A program made the translations under genes and the position numbers. 53,646 nt of DNA from Bigelowiella natans CCMP2755 (taxonomy: Eukaryota > Protista > Cercozoa). This document shows, in pieces, positions 1-15,545 of the stretch. Under the pieces are notes generated by a model. It was not told the DNA's origin and ran no database searches. It saw only the letters and a program-made list of their open reading frames with translations. Within the stretch, counting starts at the first letter, position 1. The number at the start of each line of letters is the position of its first letter. Location of the stretch: NCBI GenBank assembly GCA_000320545.1, contig ADNK01002860.1:1-53646 (forward strand), written 5' to 3'.

Positions 1-960
1 TTTGGTCAACGCACACGCAAAGCATTCAAAAATGTGGCAGAGAACAAACGCGCAGCGTTGCAATCCGCCACACAACGGGTGTGAATTTTCACACTTTGAG
101 GCCTTGAAAATGGACATTTTGGTCAACATTTCGGTCATTTTTTCAGGTTTGGCCATCGGCCAAGTTCTGATGACTTTTCTTTGACTAACTGCAACTGCCT
201 GCTGCTTCAAAGCGCTGCACTGTTCACAACCCCGTCGTTGCCGGGTTTGACGGACTTGTGGCATGTGTCCATTGCAACACACAACGCGCTTGGTCTCGCG
301 CAAAAGCTTCCAAATGCATGTTCTGGCGATTCGTTGCAGGTTTGACGGAGCTGTGCTTGCAGGACATCGGAAGATTCCATTGCCCAAAGCTTCAACGCTG
401 ATCGAAATTCTCGTCCACAGCTCATTCCTCTCACCGCATGATCGAAGCCAGATTTTTGCAGATTTCGATCGTTGCATGTGCTGTGGCATGTCGTGCGTGC
501 TCCACGTAGCGTGCCATGCAGGAGAAATTTTGTGACCGCACTTGTTGTCTAGTTGTGCATCCGCCAACAGCAAACAATTGTGCGTGCGCGATGCATGCGC
601 TAGCATGCCAGCAGTGCGTACGTACGTGCATGCGTGTGTGTGTGCAGAGCTGCCTGCGAGCATCATGCATGCACAGCATGCGCTAGGCAATGCTAGAATG
701 TCATGCATGCTTATGCAATTGATGACAATGACGCATCGCATGCACAAATTACTAGATTATCGAGCGTGGAAGCGACAATGAGCTAGCAAGCGTGCTCATG
801 TTGTGCGCATTTACTCTAGTTACTTGCTTGCGACTTGCTAGCTTGCTTGCTGCTACAGTCAATATAGAATTGCACTAACTGCGTTCGCAGTCGAATCTAT
901 CTAGCTGTGTGTGGCTAGTATGGCTAGCATGTGTGGCATTTGCATAGCTTGCTAGATAGA
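1..960. other. TpA-depleted, TG/CA/CTAG-rich intergenic tract downstream of the FUSC-type gene; 1-557 may be the right end of a DNA-transposon relic
   Basis: Manual count: 2 TpA in 1-540 (CTAA, GTAG), with CpG abundant. 541-960 is rich in GCATGC/GCTAGC. TTGTGACCG...CTAGTTGTG at ~530-557 resembles the right TIR at 24314-24338. Confidence 0.75.
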
Positions 961-1007
961 CGCACTATAGAATGTAAGTGGCTCTAATTTTGCTTTTTAC
1001 ATCGCGA

Positions 1008-3262
1008 TTATGGTGGTTCAGTTCGCTTCTCATCACAAGAATGTGCAACAAACTTTAGATGAAATACATGGGCATACACCGCGGCTTTGACAATACGCTA
1101 AAGCTGTTATGGCGTTGATATTATAATATATGTGTTTGATGAACTAATGGTATCTTTCATCCTCGGCATAGAGGTAGCTTTGCAATTGTACCTCTCTTGC
1201 AGCATCACTAAAGTTGATGATCAAGCCCACCAGATGACTAAATGATAGATAACAATAATGAGTGTTTCAACATAAAAAAAGAACGAAGAGGTTGTTGAAA
1301 AACAACAATAAATAAAATGGGACAAAAATCTTTCAACAAAGTAAAAAAACACTCTCAGAATCTTCCCTAACAGCTTTTTAGCATTATCATAAGACGACAA
1401 TATTATTAGCTTATTCTTTGATTTGTGATTTAGTTCCAACTATGCGTTATATATATCGAATTTATATTTTAGTAATCACAAGAACTGTATCTTCCTCCTC
1501 CTCCTCCTCCTCCTCCTCCTCCTCCTCCCCTCTTATTTTATGCTACTGTAACTACTACTTTAGGTGAAAGATATACGTGGAATAGACCATTACAACCTAA
1601 TAGTCAACCAATAATACTCTGTGTGTGATGACCGACACACGACACTTTATATCATGATAATGATGATAATAATGATTGTTGCTGATGAGAGAGGTGATGA
1701 TATTGGAGGGGATATGTATACGCATAAATACACAAGAAGAAGACACAAGAATATACATAATAGAAAACAGGTAATTCATCTTTATCAACGACATTCTGTA
1801 ATTGATACATTGATGCTCTTAGCATCCTCGTCATCATCATATATGCTTGCATCTTGTTATTTGATCTACTACAATATTCAGCCTATAATACCCTTATTGT
1901 TGTCACACTTGTTTTTCCCTCTATAAATACGGCTGTTATATTACATTTCCGCATGATGTATGAATTATCATGTTAAACATTTTCCTTTCAGCTCCCTCCT
2001 CCTCATGATAATAATGGATATCATCGTTACAGTGCAAGTAATAGTAGAATAAATATTACTACCTTGTTTTTCATCTTAGGTATTCCTTTCCATGACCCTT
2101 CTGTCGCTGCTCTTATTGCTAATTAATGAGTTTCCATTTTCATTTATTATTATTATTATTTTTATTTTTATTAGAGTTGTTCTTCTTTCTACCCCTCCCC
2201 TTCACAACCACGCCCATTCTAAATAAATTTCTCAGTGAAGCTATAATTTTCCAAAATACATTATTAAATGAGGGAGCAGGGAATGTGGGGTCAATGTTTC
2301 CCTCCCCATCTTCCCCTTAATGTTCTCTCATCTTCTAAATAAACATGCTACCAAATATAGTAGTAGTAAGTAGTAGTAGTAGTAGTAGTAGTTAACACTG
2401 CTAATGAGAAAGTAGTGCAACCTCCTCTCTCTGCTGGATCCTTTTCTTTCTGTCCTTCTGCTGCTTCTGTTGTAGTTGTCGTATCCTTTTGACCATCATC
2501 ATTATCATCATCATCATCATCATCATCAATATTCTGATGATAAGAGTCATTCGAGCTTATCCTTCTCCTCATCATCATCATTCTGTCGGTCGTTATCGTC
2601 GTAGCTGTGCTACATCTCCTTCTGCTACTACTGATCATTGATTGCTCGCGTTGTTGCCAGTCTTTTGCACGGAATCCATAGCAAAACGATGATGATGCTG
2701 CAGCTGCTGGTGATGATGTTTTCCCATCATGGTTTCTTTTAATTTTTTTACCCCCACCTCCTCCTTTCTCATCATCATCATCATCATCATCAGTATATAT
2801 CTTGGAAGGACAATAATAATCCTTCGTATCATTGATGAATTCAGGCTGTTCGTCATTTGTCAGAATGTCCCTTACTACCTGATAATGATGATGACGATGA
2901 TGATAATCAACAAGAAGGTATCAATTGATATTGGTTGGAAAATGAGTTTTAGGCTAACATACTTCAAGATATTTCTCATGAAGATTTTGCAAAGAAAGCT
3001 GTAAGTCTTCCCTTCGTTTCTATAATTTGTTATAGCAAGAGACAAAATTGAAATAATGCTGTAGCTTCTCAGTGATGAGTGCAGATCAAAGATAGAGAAT
3101 GATTAGCGTTGGGGTGGGAAGAGTAACTTTCCTTCTACCGTGATGTAGTAAAATAATAAGCTGTATTGCTTTTTAAAGTAGTACTAGCAGTTACCATAAA
3201 TTGAAATGAATACGTTATTACCTTCTACTTATGCAAAAATGCCTACACTATCACAATTGCTT

Positions 3263-3296
<34 letters not shown>

Positions 3297-3948
3297 AAGC
3301 TAAGATGATACAAATATCTGACTTTTTCCGTTATAAAATCGGATGATTGATCGTAGAACAACGTCATTGGGAAATCATCATCATCATTATGATCATGCCT
3401 TCACTTCTTTTTCTACTTCTTCCTCTTCCTTCCCCGCTTCTTTCCCCTCCCCCATGAAGCAACAAAGAGAAAAGATGGTTAGAAACATGATAAGTGAACA
3501 AACTACTACTACTACTACTACTACTACTACCTCAGGAAGAGAATGAGGTTCTCCAATAGAGAGATGAGTGAAGGCATTCGCACACAAACGATGCACCTTA
3601 AACAACAACAACACAACACGTATTAGTATCATTAAAGAATGTACTATAGTACGTAAAGTTTCTCCAATGGAGAGATCAGTGAATGGTTCCGCATACAAAC
3701 AATGCACCTTAAACAACACGTACTAGTATCATTCAAGAACGTACTATAGTAACTAAGTAAGCTGCTGCAATATTCCTTCTTTTTCCTATCCGTCTTTTTC
3801 TTCTTCTTCTCCTTCTTCACCCCCGACTCCCATCATTCTCACTCATCATCGTTTACGTGATCGAATTCCTCGGTTGTCTTTCGTAAGAAAATATTTTCTC
3901 CCCATTCCACCTGAAGAAAACAAGGCATCAACCGAACAATATTTCCAT

Positions 3949-3998
<50 letters not shown>

Positions 3999-4410
3999 AG
4001 CAACTACATTGAAATATTATGTTAGAATCGCTAGCAGCATCTTACCGCAACTCGATTAAGAGCATTGAGTGTAGATTTTATTTTAACCTACAATTGATGA
4101 TGATGATGGGAGGAGGAGGAAGAAGAAGATAATAATCAAGAACAACAATGGAGAGGTAGGAAGAGTGGAGATTATAATTTGGTAAAGAAAGGTACAAGAA
4201 GCTACTTACTACTGGTGCTGCTGTGATATTATTAGTCGCATAATTACTTACCAAAAGGAGAAAAAGTCGTTCTGTTGCTGCTCCTGGAAAGGTTTTACTC
4301 AATATCGAAGGAGAAGCTTTGGCTGATTATTTACATAGTAGCATCATAAACTATGCCTTAATCAATTATTAGTACATATGATGATGATGATAGAGAAGTA
4401 TAAGGGTAGC

Positions 4411-4445
<35 letters not shown>

Positions 4446-4769
4446 CGAAATCTGTACGTGTCTAGTGAGATATATGTTGTTAGATCAACTAGTAAAAGGG
4501 ATAAGATCATGAACAAATTCATCATCATCATCATCGATTTCAATCGATGTGATTGTAATGTGACGCTAATTGTCTTAATATAGCTAATCATCGTCTGTAA
4601 ATGATGCATATGATAAATGACTCCTCAAATTACAACATATTAACTTAATATTATAGAACAGCGAAAACAATAAATGACTAGTTACCTTCTGCTAAAAGTT
4701 GTCGCACTCCATTCAACTTTGTATCAATAACAGCCAGAAGGACTGGAGGGTACTTGATGCCCTTCTATG

Positions 4770-4815
<46 letters not shown>

Positions 4816-5607
4816 TTCACGAGGAGGTTGGGGGAAGAAGGTTGTGGGGAGGAAGAAGAAGAATTGAAAGGATGAGGATAATATATTATAGCAGCAGCTT
4901 ATATTTCATTGCTGTAAGTTATATAGTATTGCCAACTTGTATGCATTAAACAATAATAACACAGTGGTAATAATAAACTGCTGATCAGCTCATAATTTTG
5001 AGGAAATCCCTACCTATCTTTTGAGAGGATGAATTACTACAACTGCTACACAATTGCTACTATAGTAAAATTTCAAATGTAGTAGTGCACATATATTATA
5101 ACAATACTAGCACCGTGTGATTTCGTGCTTCTGAAGCAAGTTGAAGGGTCTAATAATAATAATATAACACACATGACTATTATTTACAAGTAGTGTACCA
5201 TATCGGGTGTAATAGATCATTCCAAGTCGTTTTAATGCTTTGATAACGCTGTTATTATTTTCTTTTATGTAGCCTTAGCAGCTCTTCTTATCAAATTTTG
5301 TATACTACTACTACTACTACTACGATCAATACAATACTGAGTATATGTTCAAGATAGCTATATATATATAAATAATATAACCCAGTCAGCCATTAGCTTC
5401 AATGCGGCTAATACTTCGCTCTGTAGTTGTTCCCTGGTAGTAATAGTGCTCGTTGTGATCGTTTTCATCATCATTATTATTATTATTATTATTATTGTTA
5501 TCATCATCATTCTTCGTCTTGTTGTTATTGTTGTTATTGTTGTTGTTCTCCATCGGTATGGTATGGCTAGCAACAAGGAACATTTGATAGATAGTAGTAG
5601 ACAATAT

Positions 5608-5638
<31 letters not shown>

Positions 5639-5646
5639 ACAACAAC

Positions 5647-5681
<35 letters not shown>

Positions 5682-5781
5682 ATAGTGCTAGAATGAGCAG
5701 CTTTTTATTACCTTGGACGAAACGGGAAAATGGTGACAACAACAAAGAACCACACCAAGATTCCAATTGCCGCTATTACAA

Positions 5782-5823
<42 letters not shown>

Positions 5824-5865
5824 GCGTGTGTACAGAAAGAATAATTGAAACACACACACACACAC

Positions 5866-5904
<39 letters not shown>

Positions 5905-6605
5905 GAGAGGGAGAGGGAGATGGGGAGAGCATAATGCACTTTTCCTACTTGTACCCTACCATCCAATAAAAGAATTCGTAAAATTATTACACACGGCAAT
6001 AAATAACCAATCATTGACTTTCTTCTCCTCCTCCTCCTCCTCTTTCTTCTTCTTCTTCTTCTTCTCCCATTGATAGACACTACAATTTTCTCGCATATGA
6101 TCACTTGATACTACTTGAGTAGTATTTCTGTTAATAATCATATCGTTCTTATCACAAACATACTTAATTCAATTCTGGCTAAAGCGTATTCCTCGATAGA
6201 GAGCGTTGTGCTTTCAAATCTACATGATAGGTTGGTAGTAGTAGCAGTAGTATAAGAAGTAGTACTAGTTGTAGTAGTAGTAGGTATTTCTTAGGAGAGA
6301 AGAAGAAGAAAAAAAAGAAGAAGAAGAAAAAGAAGAAGAAGAAAAAGAAGAAGGAAACGGTTTGACGGTACAATATAGTAGAAGTAGTGGTGGTAGTTCT
6401 TAGAGAGAAGAGAGGTAGAAGTGACGATGCAATGTATCATCATTTTTACAACAGTAATCGATGTTTTATTGAATAACGTACCAGTAACCTACCAATACTA
6501 CTTCTACTAGTGCTAATTACTACTATTATTACCCCAAAACGATTATTCCACTGGTAAATGCAGCTACGACACCAGCATACCTGCCAAAATGGATAATTGG
6601 ATAAC

Positions 6606-6651
<46 letters not shown>

Positions 6652-8542
6652 AGCTGCTAAAAATACTACTACCACTAATAATAATAGCAGTAGCAGATTT
6701 GTCTCTCATAATAATAATGACTAGTATATAAAATAATTACACTGAGAGAATCATGCACAAACATAAATGACTTACATATTGCTACCCGTATTGAGACGAA
6801 GGTTTGGCTAGAGAAGCAAAGAAAACCAGAATAGGAAGTGCAATTAGAATAGCAATACGATTTGCATCGGTTAAACGGAGCAACGTGTAGCCAAATATTG
6901 CACCAGAAACCGTTCCTAATGATGTATTCCACAACAACAACAAAAACAACAACAACAACAACAAGAACAAGAACATCAAGAACAAATACACACTATAACG
7001 ATATAGACTGCTGCTCTCCAGTAGATCAAAGTTGTGTATCAAATACATTATGATGTATTCCACAACAACAACAACAACAATAACAACAATAATAACAATA
7101 ATAAGAAGAATATCAAGAATAAATACACACTACTAGTACGATACAGGCAGCTGCTCATCAGTAGATCAAAGTACCTTGCATTCTAAGAAGAGATTGTTTG
7201 AAGCTTGTAGCAGAAGATCTTCCCATCACAAACGCTACGGTTAATGGACCCCAGAATGCATTGTCAAAACTTCCCCGAAAGTCCCTTACAAATACGACAA
7301 GGAGAGAAATGAGAATCGATAGGTTAGTACTACTATTAGTGGGAAGAGGAGGAGGAGGAGGGGGAGAGAGGAGGAAGAGAAATAGGAGGTCAGCACCACA
7401 CTGCCCACTGTACGATGTTCTTTTGTTCATAAGGCTGCTCAATCATCCTCATCATCATCAATATCATCATCATTATCATCGTATTAACCTGATTATACTA
7501 CTGCATTGCTGCTTCCGCTGCTATTATGTTCTTGCTACAACAACAAGTACTACTACTACTACTACTACTACTACTACCACTACTACCTTACAAGAACAAG
7601 GAGGGATGTTACTACTACTACCACTACTACTACTACCTTACAAGAACAAGAAGGGATGTTAGAACCATAGCAATGGCGACTTTAAGTGCGTTTTTGACGT
7701 TTGTCTTTGTAACATTGATCTTACAAGTAAGATGAGGTAGAGTATTCCATATAGGATGGATCACCATACCTAGATGATAATGACGACGATAGATGATAAT
7801 AATTCCACAATCAAGCAGAGCTGCATGTACGATAATGATACGTATGGTGATCATAATTGATTCATTTATTAGTAGGTGATCATGCATTGTTAAACACAAA
7901 TACTACCAAAAACCAAACATAAGCGAGGAAAGCTGCTGCTGCTGGTACTGATGTCATCGTTAGATCCTAATAACAGCAAGAAATCACTACTGAATAACGT
8001 GTGATCATAATCATGCACTACATGACTTATGCATAACACTTGCAAAAAGGAATATCAGTAGAATGCACCAACAATTGATTTTGTCCATAAACATAAAATT
8101 GACAAAAACATAATAATGTAAATACTACAACAATGGTAATAGCGGTAAAGATACACCTGGCCTCTGTATTTGTTTGGATGATATGCTCTCATCATCATCA
8201 TCAATATCATCATAACACACGAGAGCACATCATCTACAGCAGCGTCCTCCATAGATCAACAAGGTACCTTTACCCTCTCTATCTTCTCGTTGTTTTTTGT
8301 CGTGTGTAGTTGTGTGCCGACGACGTAATGACGATGCCTATTGATTATCATACTTTATCATAAATCATCCTCATTAACCTGGCATCATGAACAACAATAA
8401 ATTCAAGATGGCACCTTGACCAAGTTGCGTAGAGAATATAGTAACACGTTCAGATGAAGAAGGTCATTGGTCACTAGCTCGATCAAACCATCAATAAATA
8501 ACAAAAGAAGGAGAAGGAGGAGGTCAGAGGAGGAGGAGAATT

Positions 8543-8575
<33 letters not shown>

Positions 8576-9079
8576 GTAGCTATAATCATGTTGATGATAA
8601 CGATTTACATTGTAGGAGTGATAGTAGTAGTAGTTGTAGTAGTAGTAATTTACGTACTACACAAGACGATGACGATGACGATGACGACGATGACAACGTG
8701 CATTATATTATGATGTAGTTCTCGATGTAAATAGTAGCCCCTACTATACTACGGGTAGTAAGTAGTGGTAGTATTACTACTAGTAGTAGTGCTACTAGTA
8801 CTTTGTAAATCAATCTCCAGCTCCGAATCTTGATAAAGCAGTTTAGCTCTCGCTAATGAAGAAACAAAAGAGTAATCAAGTAAACAAAAGAGTAAGTAAT
8901 AACAAGAGAATAACGGCACTGCTGCAGCTGTTATTGTTATTGTTGTTGTTGTTGTTTCGTTCATATATATTTTAGATAGGAAACAATATTTCAGAGGCTA
9001 CCAATCGTAATGGTGATGATAATTAGATTCCAAGGTCTATAATGACACCACCCTTAAGTTAATATCACTACTGCTACCA

Positions 9080-9112
<33 letters not shown>

Positions 9113-10461
9113 TCACTAATACCTTCATAGTAAATCTCCATCAGCTCCCTGTAATAATAACGAGTTGTTAACCATAGTAAATTTTACGTTCAAGAGTAAA
9201 TACATTCAAGTGAAGGGGGGGTAAAAGAAAGTGGGGTAAAAGCTGCTTTACCAAACGATGATAATGAGTAGTATTATAACGATGATGAGTAAGTAGTATG
9301 GGGATGATGATGTATGCAAGCTTCTTGGAAGCAATATAAGAAATGTTATCGTTTTCACCTCTCAGCTGATTAGAGATGGAGAAATGTAGTTTCTTGGAAG
9401 GAAACATACTATCATCACCACCACCACCATCATCATCATTATCATGACTTATACTATCAAATTACTACTACATGAATGAATCCTGAAGTGATCTTTCAGC
9501 TTTGTCACGCTCTGCTGTGAGCCCGTGTTTCCGATCATCTTCTTGTTTTCTCTCAGAAAAGAAATTTAGATTCGAATCTCCACCGCAAACTAACTAAAGA
9601 TTATTATCGTTCAGACAGAAGTAGTAGTAGTAGTAGTAGTAGTAGATGATGAAGATGAAGAAGAAGAAGAAGAAGAAGAAGAAGAAGAAGAAGAGGAGGA
9701 AGATTATGCATTAGTGTGTATAGTGAGAAGAAATAAGATAGAATCGTTAGGACGAGGATATATTTCTTACTTACTTACTTACCTGATCATCGAGAACTCT
9801 TGCAATAGCCATCAAATTTCTTCCAAATTCCTAATATAAATATAAAGACGGAATTATGATGATGATGATGATGATAATGATGATGATGATGATAATGACA
9901 ATATCCCTTTAAAAAATATTAAATCGAAATAATATCGTAATCATATCTACAAAATGACGAGAAAGACGTTTGCAAAGCACTGTTCTGAACATCATCTACC
10001 ACTAATGTATGTACTACTTACTTACTCCTCAAAGATCCCATGTGACCACTACTTACTACTGCTGCTACCACTACGACTTTTACAACTACTACTACTATCA
10101 CACGTTGTTAATACCCGTGCCAGTCTTATGAGAAATGGATGCAGCGTTTCGCAAAAAATAGGAAGAACTAAAGGGAAAGAGAGGGGGGGAAGTTGATTGA
10201 TCTGATTATTATATGATGATGATGATCCATTGATATATCAATTTGTGGTTATAGGATGGTATCATAATTTATGGGAAAATAAGAACAAGGAAAAGAACAA
10301 AATTAGACGGGTATTGTTGTTAATTTGTTGTTTAAGACTCCTACTTACCTACTACTTCTACTATGGTATATTCTACTACTATGGTATTATATAATTATCA
10401 TAAGCTTGACAGCGACTACTGTGCCAAAATTTGAAGTATTGAAGTATTAAAACCAACCAGT

Positions 10462-10496
<35 letters not shown>

Positions 10497-12277
10497 GCAC
10501 CTCCTTGGGAACGATTTAATCTTCTAGCAATGATACCAGAGGAGAGGCGCACACCTATTGTTGTTGTTGGTGTTTATGAATATGTTAAAGTTTATCATTG
10601 TATTGTCAATCAGTTTATACGATACGAGACGTATAGGATAATAGCTATTGTTGCCGTCATCTTTTTTATTGTTGTTATTGTTGCCGTCATCTTTTTTATT
10701 GTTGTTATTTTTAGTGGTGTTCTTGTGCGCCGTGTTGGTAGTACTACTATGTACTCTTCTTACTGTGATCTAACACGGGGTACACTGATTTTAGCATCTT
10801 GAATTGAGATCTGATGTTGTTCGCCATCATCATCATCATCATCATCATCATCATAACAATAAAGTATAAGAATAAGAATAAGATGATAAATAGAGAAATA
10901 AGAGAATAGTCATTTCAACAATGATAGTACTGCTAAGATATATGATATTGCACTGTTGTAATACTTAAGCTTCATCCACGTATTGTAATATCGAGGTTCC
11001 CATGTATAATGGTTAAAATGCCCTGCTATTTCCTCAATCATCGTTCCAACGGCACGAAGCAGCATGTCGGCCTTAAATAAACACACACAAACACATGATT
11101 GTGCCGGATACTTCTTATTATTTGTTCCTGATGACCATCGTACTTCATCGATAAACATAATATCCTCCTCCTCCTCCTCCTCATCATCATCACCATCTTA
11201 TAATCCTCATCATCATGATATACATCACCGTCCACCTGCACAAGAAGAACTTGCTTGCAAACCAGCTTGTTTTGGAAGGATTTATCCTAAATGTGAAGGG
11301 GAGAAAGATGTAATGAGGGAGAAGCAGTTGTTATAGTAATCGTGGTTATTTATCAAGATGTCATTCTTCATCTTGATCATATTTTTATTTTATCATCTTT
11401 TGTCTTTCTTTATGATCTTTCTTCTAACCCTCCTCCTCCTTACCAAGGATGAATTGCCGTTAATATCCTCGTTATCATCTTGCTTAGGAATATCACCCCC
11501 CTCCTCCTCCTCATCCTCCCCGAACCTCATTTTCGAATCACCTATTTCCTTTGCCTAATTCCATCGTGAAAGATGATCCATATGTTACTACTACATGCTA
11601 TCACTAATAACATACGGCTTGATGATAGATAGCTGCATGTAGTAGTAGTAGTAGTAGTAGTAGTAGTAAATGCTTAGTTCTGTAATTGTTAAACGTGCAG
11701 TGCTATGAAAATGCTTGTTCTCATCTTTACTGCTTTTATCTAGTAGTAGTAGTAGTAGTAGTAGTAGTAGCAGTACCTGGTTGTTTATAGTTATCTTGTT
11801 CTTTTTCTCCTTCTTCTTTACATCGTCATCGTCGTGAATGTTGTTTGGATGCTCGAATGATGCTACTACTACTACTACTTTCCTATTTAGTCTGTTGTCA
11901 TCATTTGCACCATCACCATCTGTGTTCTTCCTCCTCCTCCTCCTCCTCTTGTCCTTACTCGCCATACCACTATCACTACCAGTAGTAGTAGTAGTAATAG
12001 TAGTAGTAGTAGTAATAGTGCCCTTATTGCCACTCCCAACCTGATGTTGATTTTCACCTCCTCCTCCTCCTCCTCCTCCTCCTCCTATTGTAAAGGAGAT
12101 AAGGGGGGGAGGAGGATGAAATTGATCAATGTACTATGTATAAGTGTGTGCAACTACCACTACTACCAGGACGAACGACAGCATCATCACCATCATAACA
12201 ACAACAACTACTACAACAACAACAGAGAGCAAAGAAAGAAGGAATAAGAGAAAAAGGCACGAGGCATGATGATGTTT

Positions 12278-12315
<38 letters not shown>

Positions 12316-13822
12316 ACACATGATACTATATGACGTGTGGTATTTAATATTATGACTATACTGATGATTGATAGGTTGTTATTCAGTGAAAGAAGACCGA
12401 TAAACACTACCACGAAGTGGGGTATTGTGGATTATGAAATGATGACGATGGATTGGTTTTGATGAAAGTTGCATTCAAGCAGCAATATAATAGTAATGAT
12501 AAGAATAAGAATTATGACAGTATCAACACATGATAGTAATAATAGTAATGATAGGAATAATAATTATCACAGTATCAGCACCACCCTTGAGCATGTACTG
12601 AAGCTGTATTTCTGCAACTCCAGAGAGGGCAATGGACAAGTCTCGCAGCTGAATCATCATCATAACATCCACACAATAATAATAATAACTACATCATCAC
12701 TATCATGAATCATCATCATAACATCCACACAATAATAATAATAACTACATCATCACTATCATGAATCATCATCATAACATCCACACAATAATAATAATAA
12801 CTACATCATCACTATCATGAATCATCATCATAACATCCACACAATAATAATAATAACTACATCATCACTATCATAAACTAGTAGTGTAGACTGCTTTTAA
12901 AACTGTTTTTCATTGCAAACTAGAGACAACACTCGAAACTATGCCGTGCCATCATTCGTAGATGATGATGATGATGATTATGATGATGATGCGAAATATT
13001 CATAAATGAAGAAGAACATAACGCATTATTTGCAATGTCTTGCAATATCTTGCAATCTACGACTAGCAAGGAGTTTATTCTCCATCATCCCTCAACATTT
13101 GGCATATCGTAGTACTATATTATAGTTGTATTCCCCATCATCCCTCAAGATTTGGCATATCGTAGTACTATATTATAGCTATAATTTTCTATCAGAATTC
13201 ATTTTAATCAATAGAGAGAGATGGGTTGTTGCGTAGGAGGCTTTAATAAGAAAAAGATAGTAAATCTCATTATAACGATACGATGATTATAGTACAATTA
13301 TCACATGCAGCAGAGGAGGAAGATATATCTGTACTCATGGGCAGTAACCTCCTCAAAAACAACAACCACATAGTGGTAATAAAGTCGAAAATTAGCATAC
13401 TGAAGCTCAACAATAACGATAATCTCATAATATTAGTAGTATAGTCAGTAGATTATAAATACTTCCCCATCATTAAATAAATGAGTAAATACCCGAGCAG
13501 CAATCAGATTTCCCGTGGTTCTTGTGCGAGGAAAAGACACACCAAATATGGTGATTGTAGCCCCGATTATAACAGTAAGCAGCAGACGAAATCCATTGCC
13601 TTTAGAGTAGTTGGATGTTGTAGTAGTAGTTGTGGTAGGTGTAGTGTTTGTATCCAAGTATAGTATAAGATGAGAGGAGTAAGATGCCTTACTAGTGTTT
13701 GTATACATGTATAGTATAAGAAGAGAGGAGATGAATTAATTTTCATGAAAATCTTACATTTTTTTACTCTATTCGTTCATCTAATATCATCCAAACAATT
13801 ATTTTCCCATGCATCATCGTCC

Positions 13823-13856
<34 letters not shown>

Positions 13857-13973
13857 TATCATCATCATTATCATCATCATATCTTATTATTACTCGATGG
13901 AAGCTCTGGATTTTGCACTTCTGTCAAGATGGAAATGAGGGCTAAAGCAAGGCCAAGTTTTTTGTTCAGCCTA

Positions 13974-14004
<31 letters not shown>

Positions 14005-14775
14005 CGATCATGCATATTTATACTTCATTCAACTACTACTAAGTTTATACTCATTGTTAGGCTGAATACCCACAACTACACTGCGCAATGAAGTATGTGA
14101 CAGAAAAGAGAAGAAAAAAGGCTACTACTACTAATATGTTGTTGTAGTTGTTAGGTATTATCGAGACATGGATGGATAGTTGTTCTTCTCTTCATTTATA
14201 TCATCAGCATCGTTACCAAAATGATTGATGGACCCTCATACCACAACAACAACGACTGGTTTATTGTTAATACTATCATTATCATTATTCTTACGGATGC
14301 AAGTCAAAAACGCCAAATCCGAACGAAATGAGGAATATTGCAAATCCAGATCCAATTTCGTTTCCTGAAAAAGAAAAGAAGAAAAGGGGGGAAACACAAC
14401 GAATAGAGAATTTTTTGTGTTAGGACAAACAGTAGATGATGGTTGTTTATACGACGAAGAAGCGTTGATTGATGACTTCAATTGATATGTGCAACATATT
14501 ACCACTTCAATTGATAACAACATTTTACATATATGTGTACGTTGACTGGTGTTCTTATTTAAGGGGAATTGTGATAATATATAATGTGCGTACATTCTTG
14601 CTAGATACCTGCTGCACACGAAATAAATTGCACATCCTTCTTACATAATATATTATCATATATACCATCATCATTTGATTTACGCTCCTTTGATCAGCTA
14701 GCTACTGCTTGTTTGACGGTCATCATCGTCAACAACGATGAACATGCAATACTACAATAATACCCCTCTCAAGGA

Positions 14776-14806
<31 letters not shown>

Positions 14807-15512
14807 CACTCATCATTTACAGCATCATCAGCATAATGATGAATATGAGTGTAGCTATCATTTACAGCAGCTGCTTATGATGATGCATGCATGCATGCAT
14901 GACCATTGAAGATGGAGTTGGTGATAAGAGCGCAAATGGCAGCAATAAATGCTCTGCAATTAGTAAGTAAGTTGATAATACTGATAAACAAACCATCAAT
15001 GATTTGTAATTAGCAAGTAGTCTTTCATAATATTGGTGATATATGGTCACTAAATAATAGTGATACATTGCTATGCTAAAGTACTATTTGATCAAAGAAC
15101 TCAAACTTTTATCGCATTATTCCCATAATTAATTTATCAAAACATTCTCCAAATTAATTTATCAAAATGATGTATATTGTACCCAACACAGGCCTGACAA
15201 ACGACTTGTAAGCTTGGACCTAGAGTATTGAATGTTCCTACCACGGAGATTACCTAGTTGTTGTTGTTCTTATTGTTGTTGATATTATTGTTGTTGGTGT
15301 GTGTTAAAGGTGAAAGAAGCTAGGACTGGTGGTGGCGATGGTGATGGTGGCAAAAATGTATATATGCACATAAATATTAAACTATTCAGTGTGCATTTCT
15401 TTAGCGACAGCTTGTATAATATACGTTTTCTGGACACCATATTCTATCCTTCTTCTTCTTCTTCTTCTTATTATTATTATTATTATTATTACTTGAGCGA
15501 GAAAGGGGCCAC

Positions 15513-15545
<33 letters not shown>

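Noticed and set aside
1-960. CpG-methylation decay or classical RIP as the cause of TG/CA richness
   Set aside because: CpG is abundant and TpA is the missing dinucleotide, the opposite of both processes.
12650-12873. Regular repeat array as a possible CRISPR
   Set aside because: Head-to-tail identical units without spacers, inside a eukaryotic intron.
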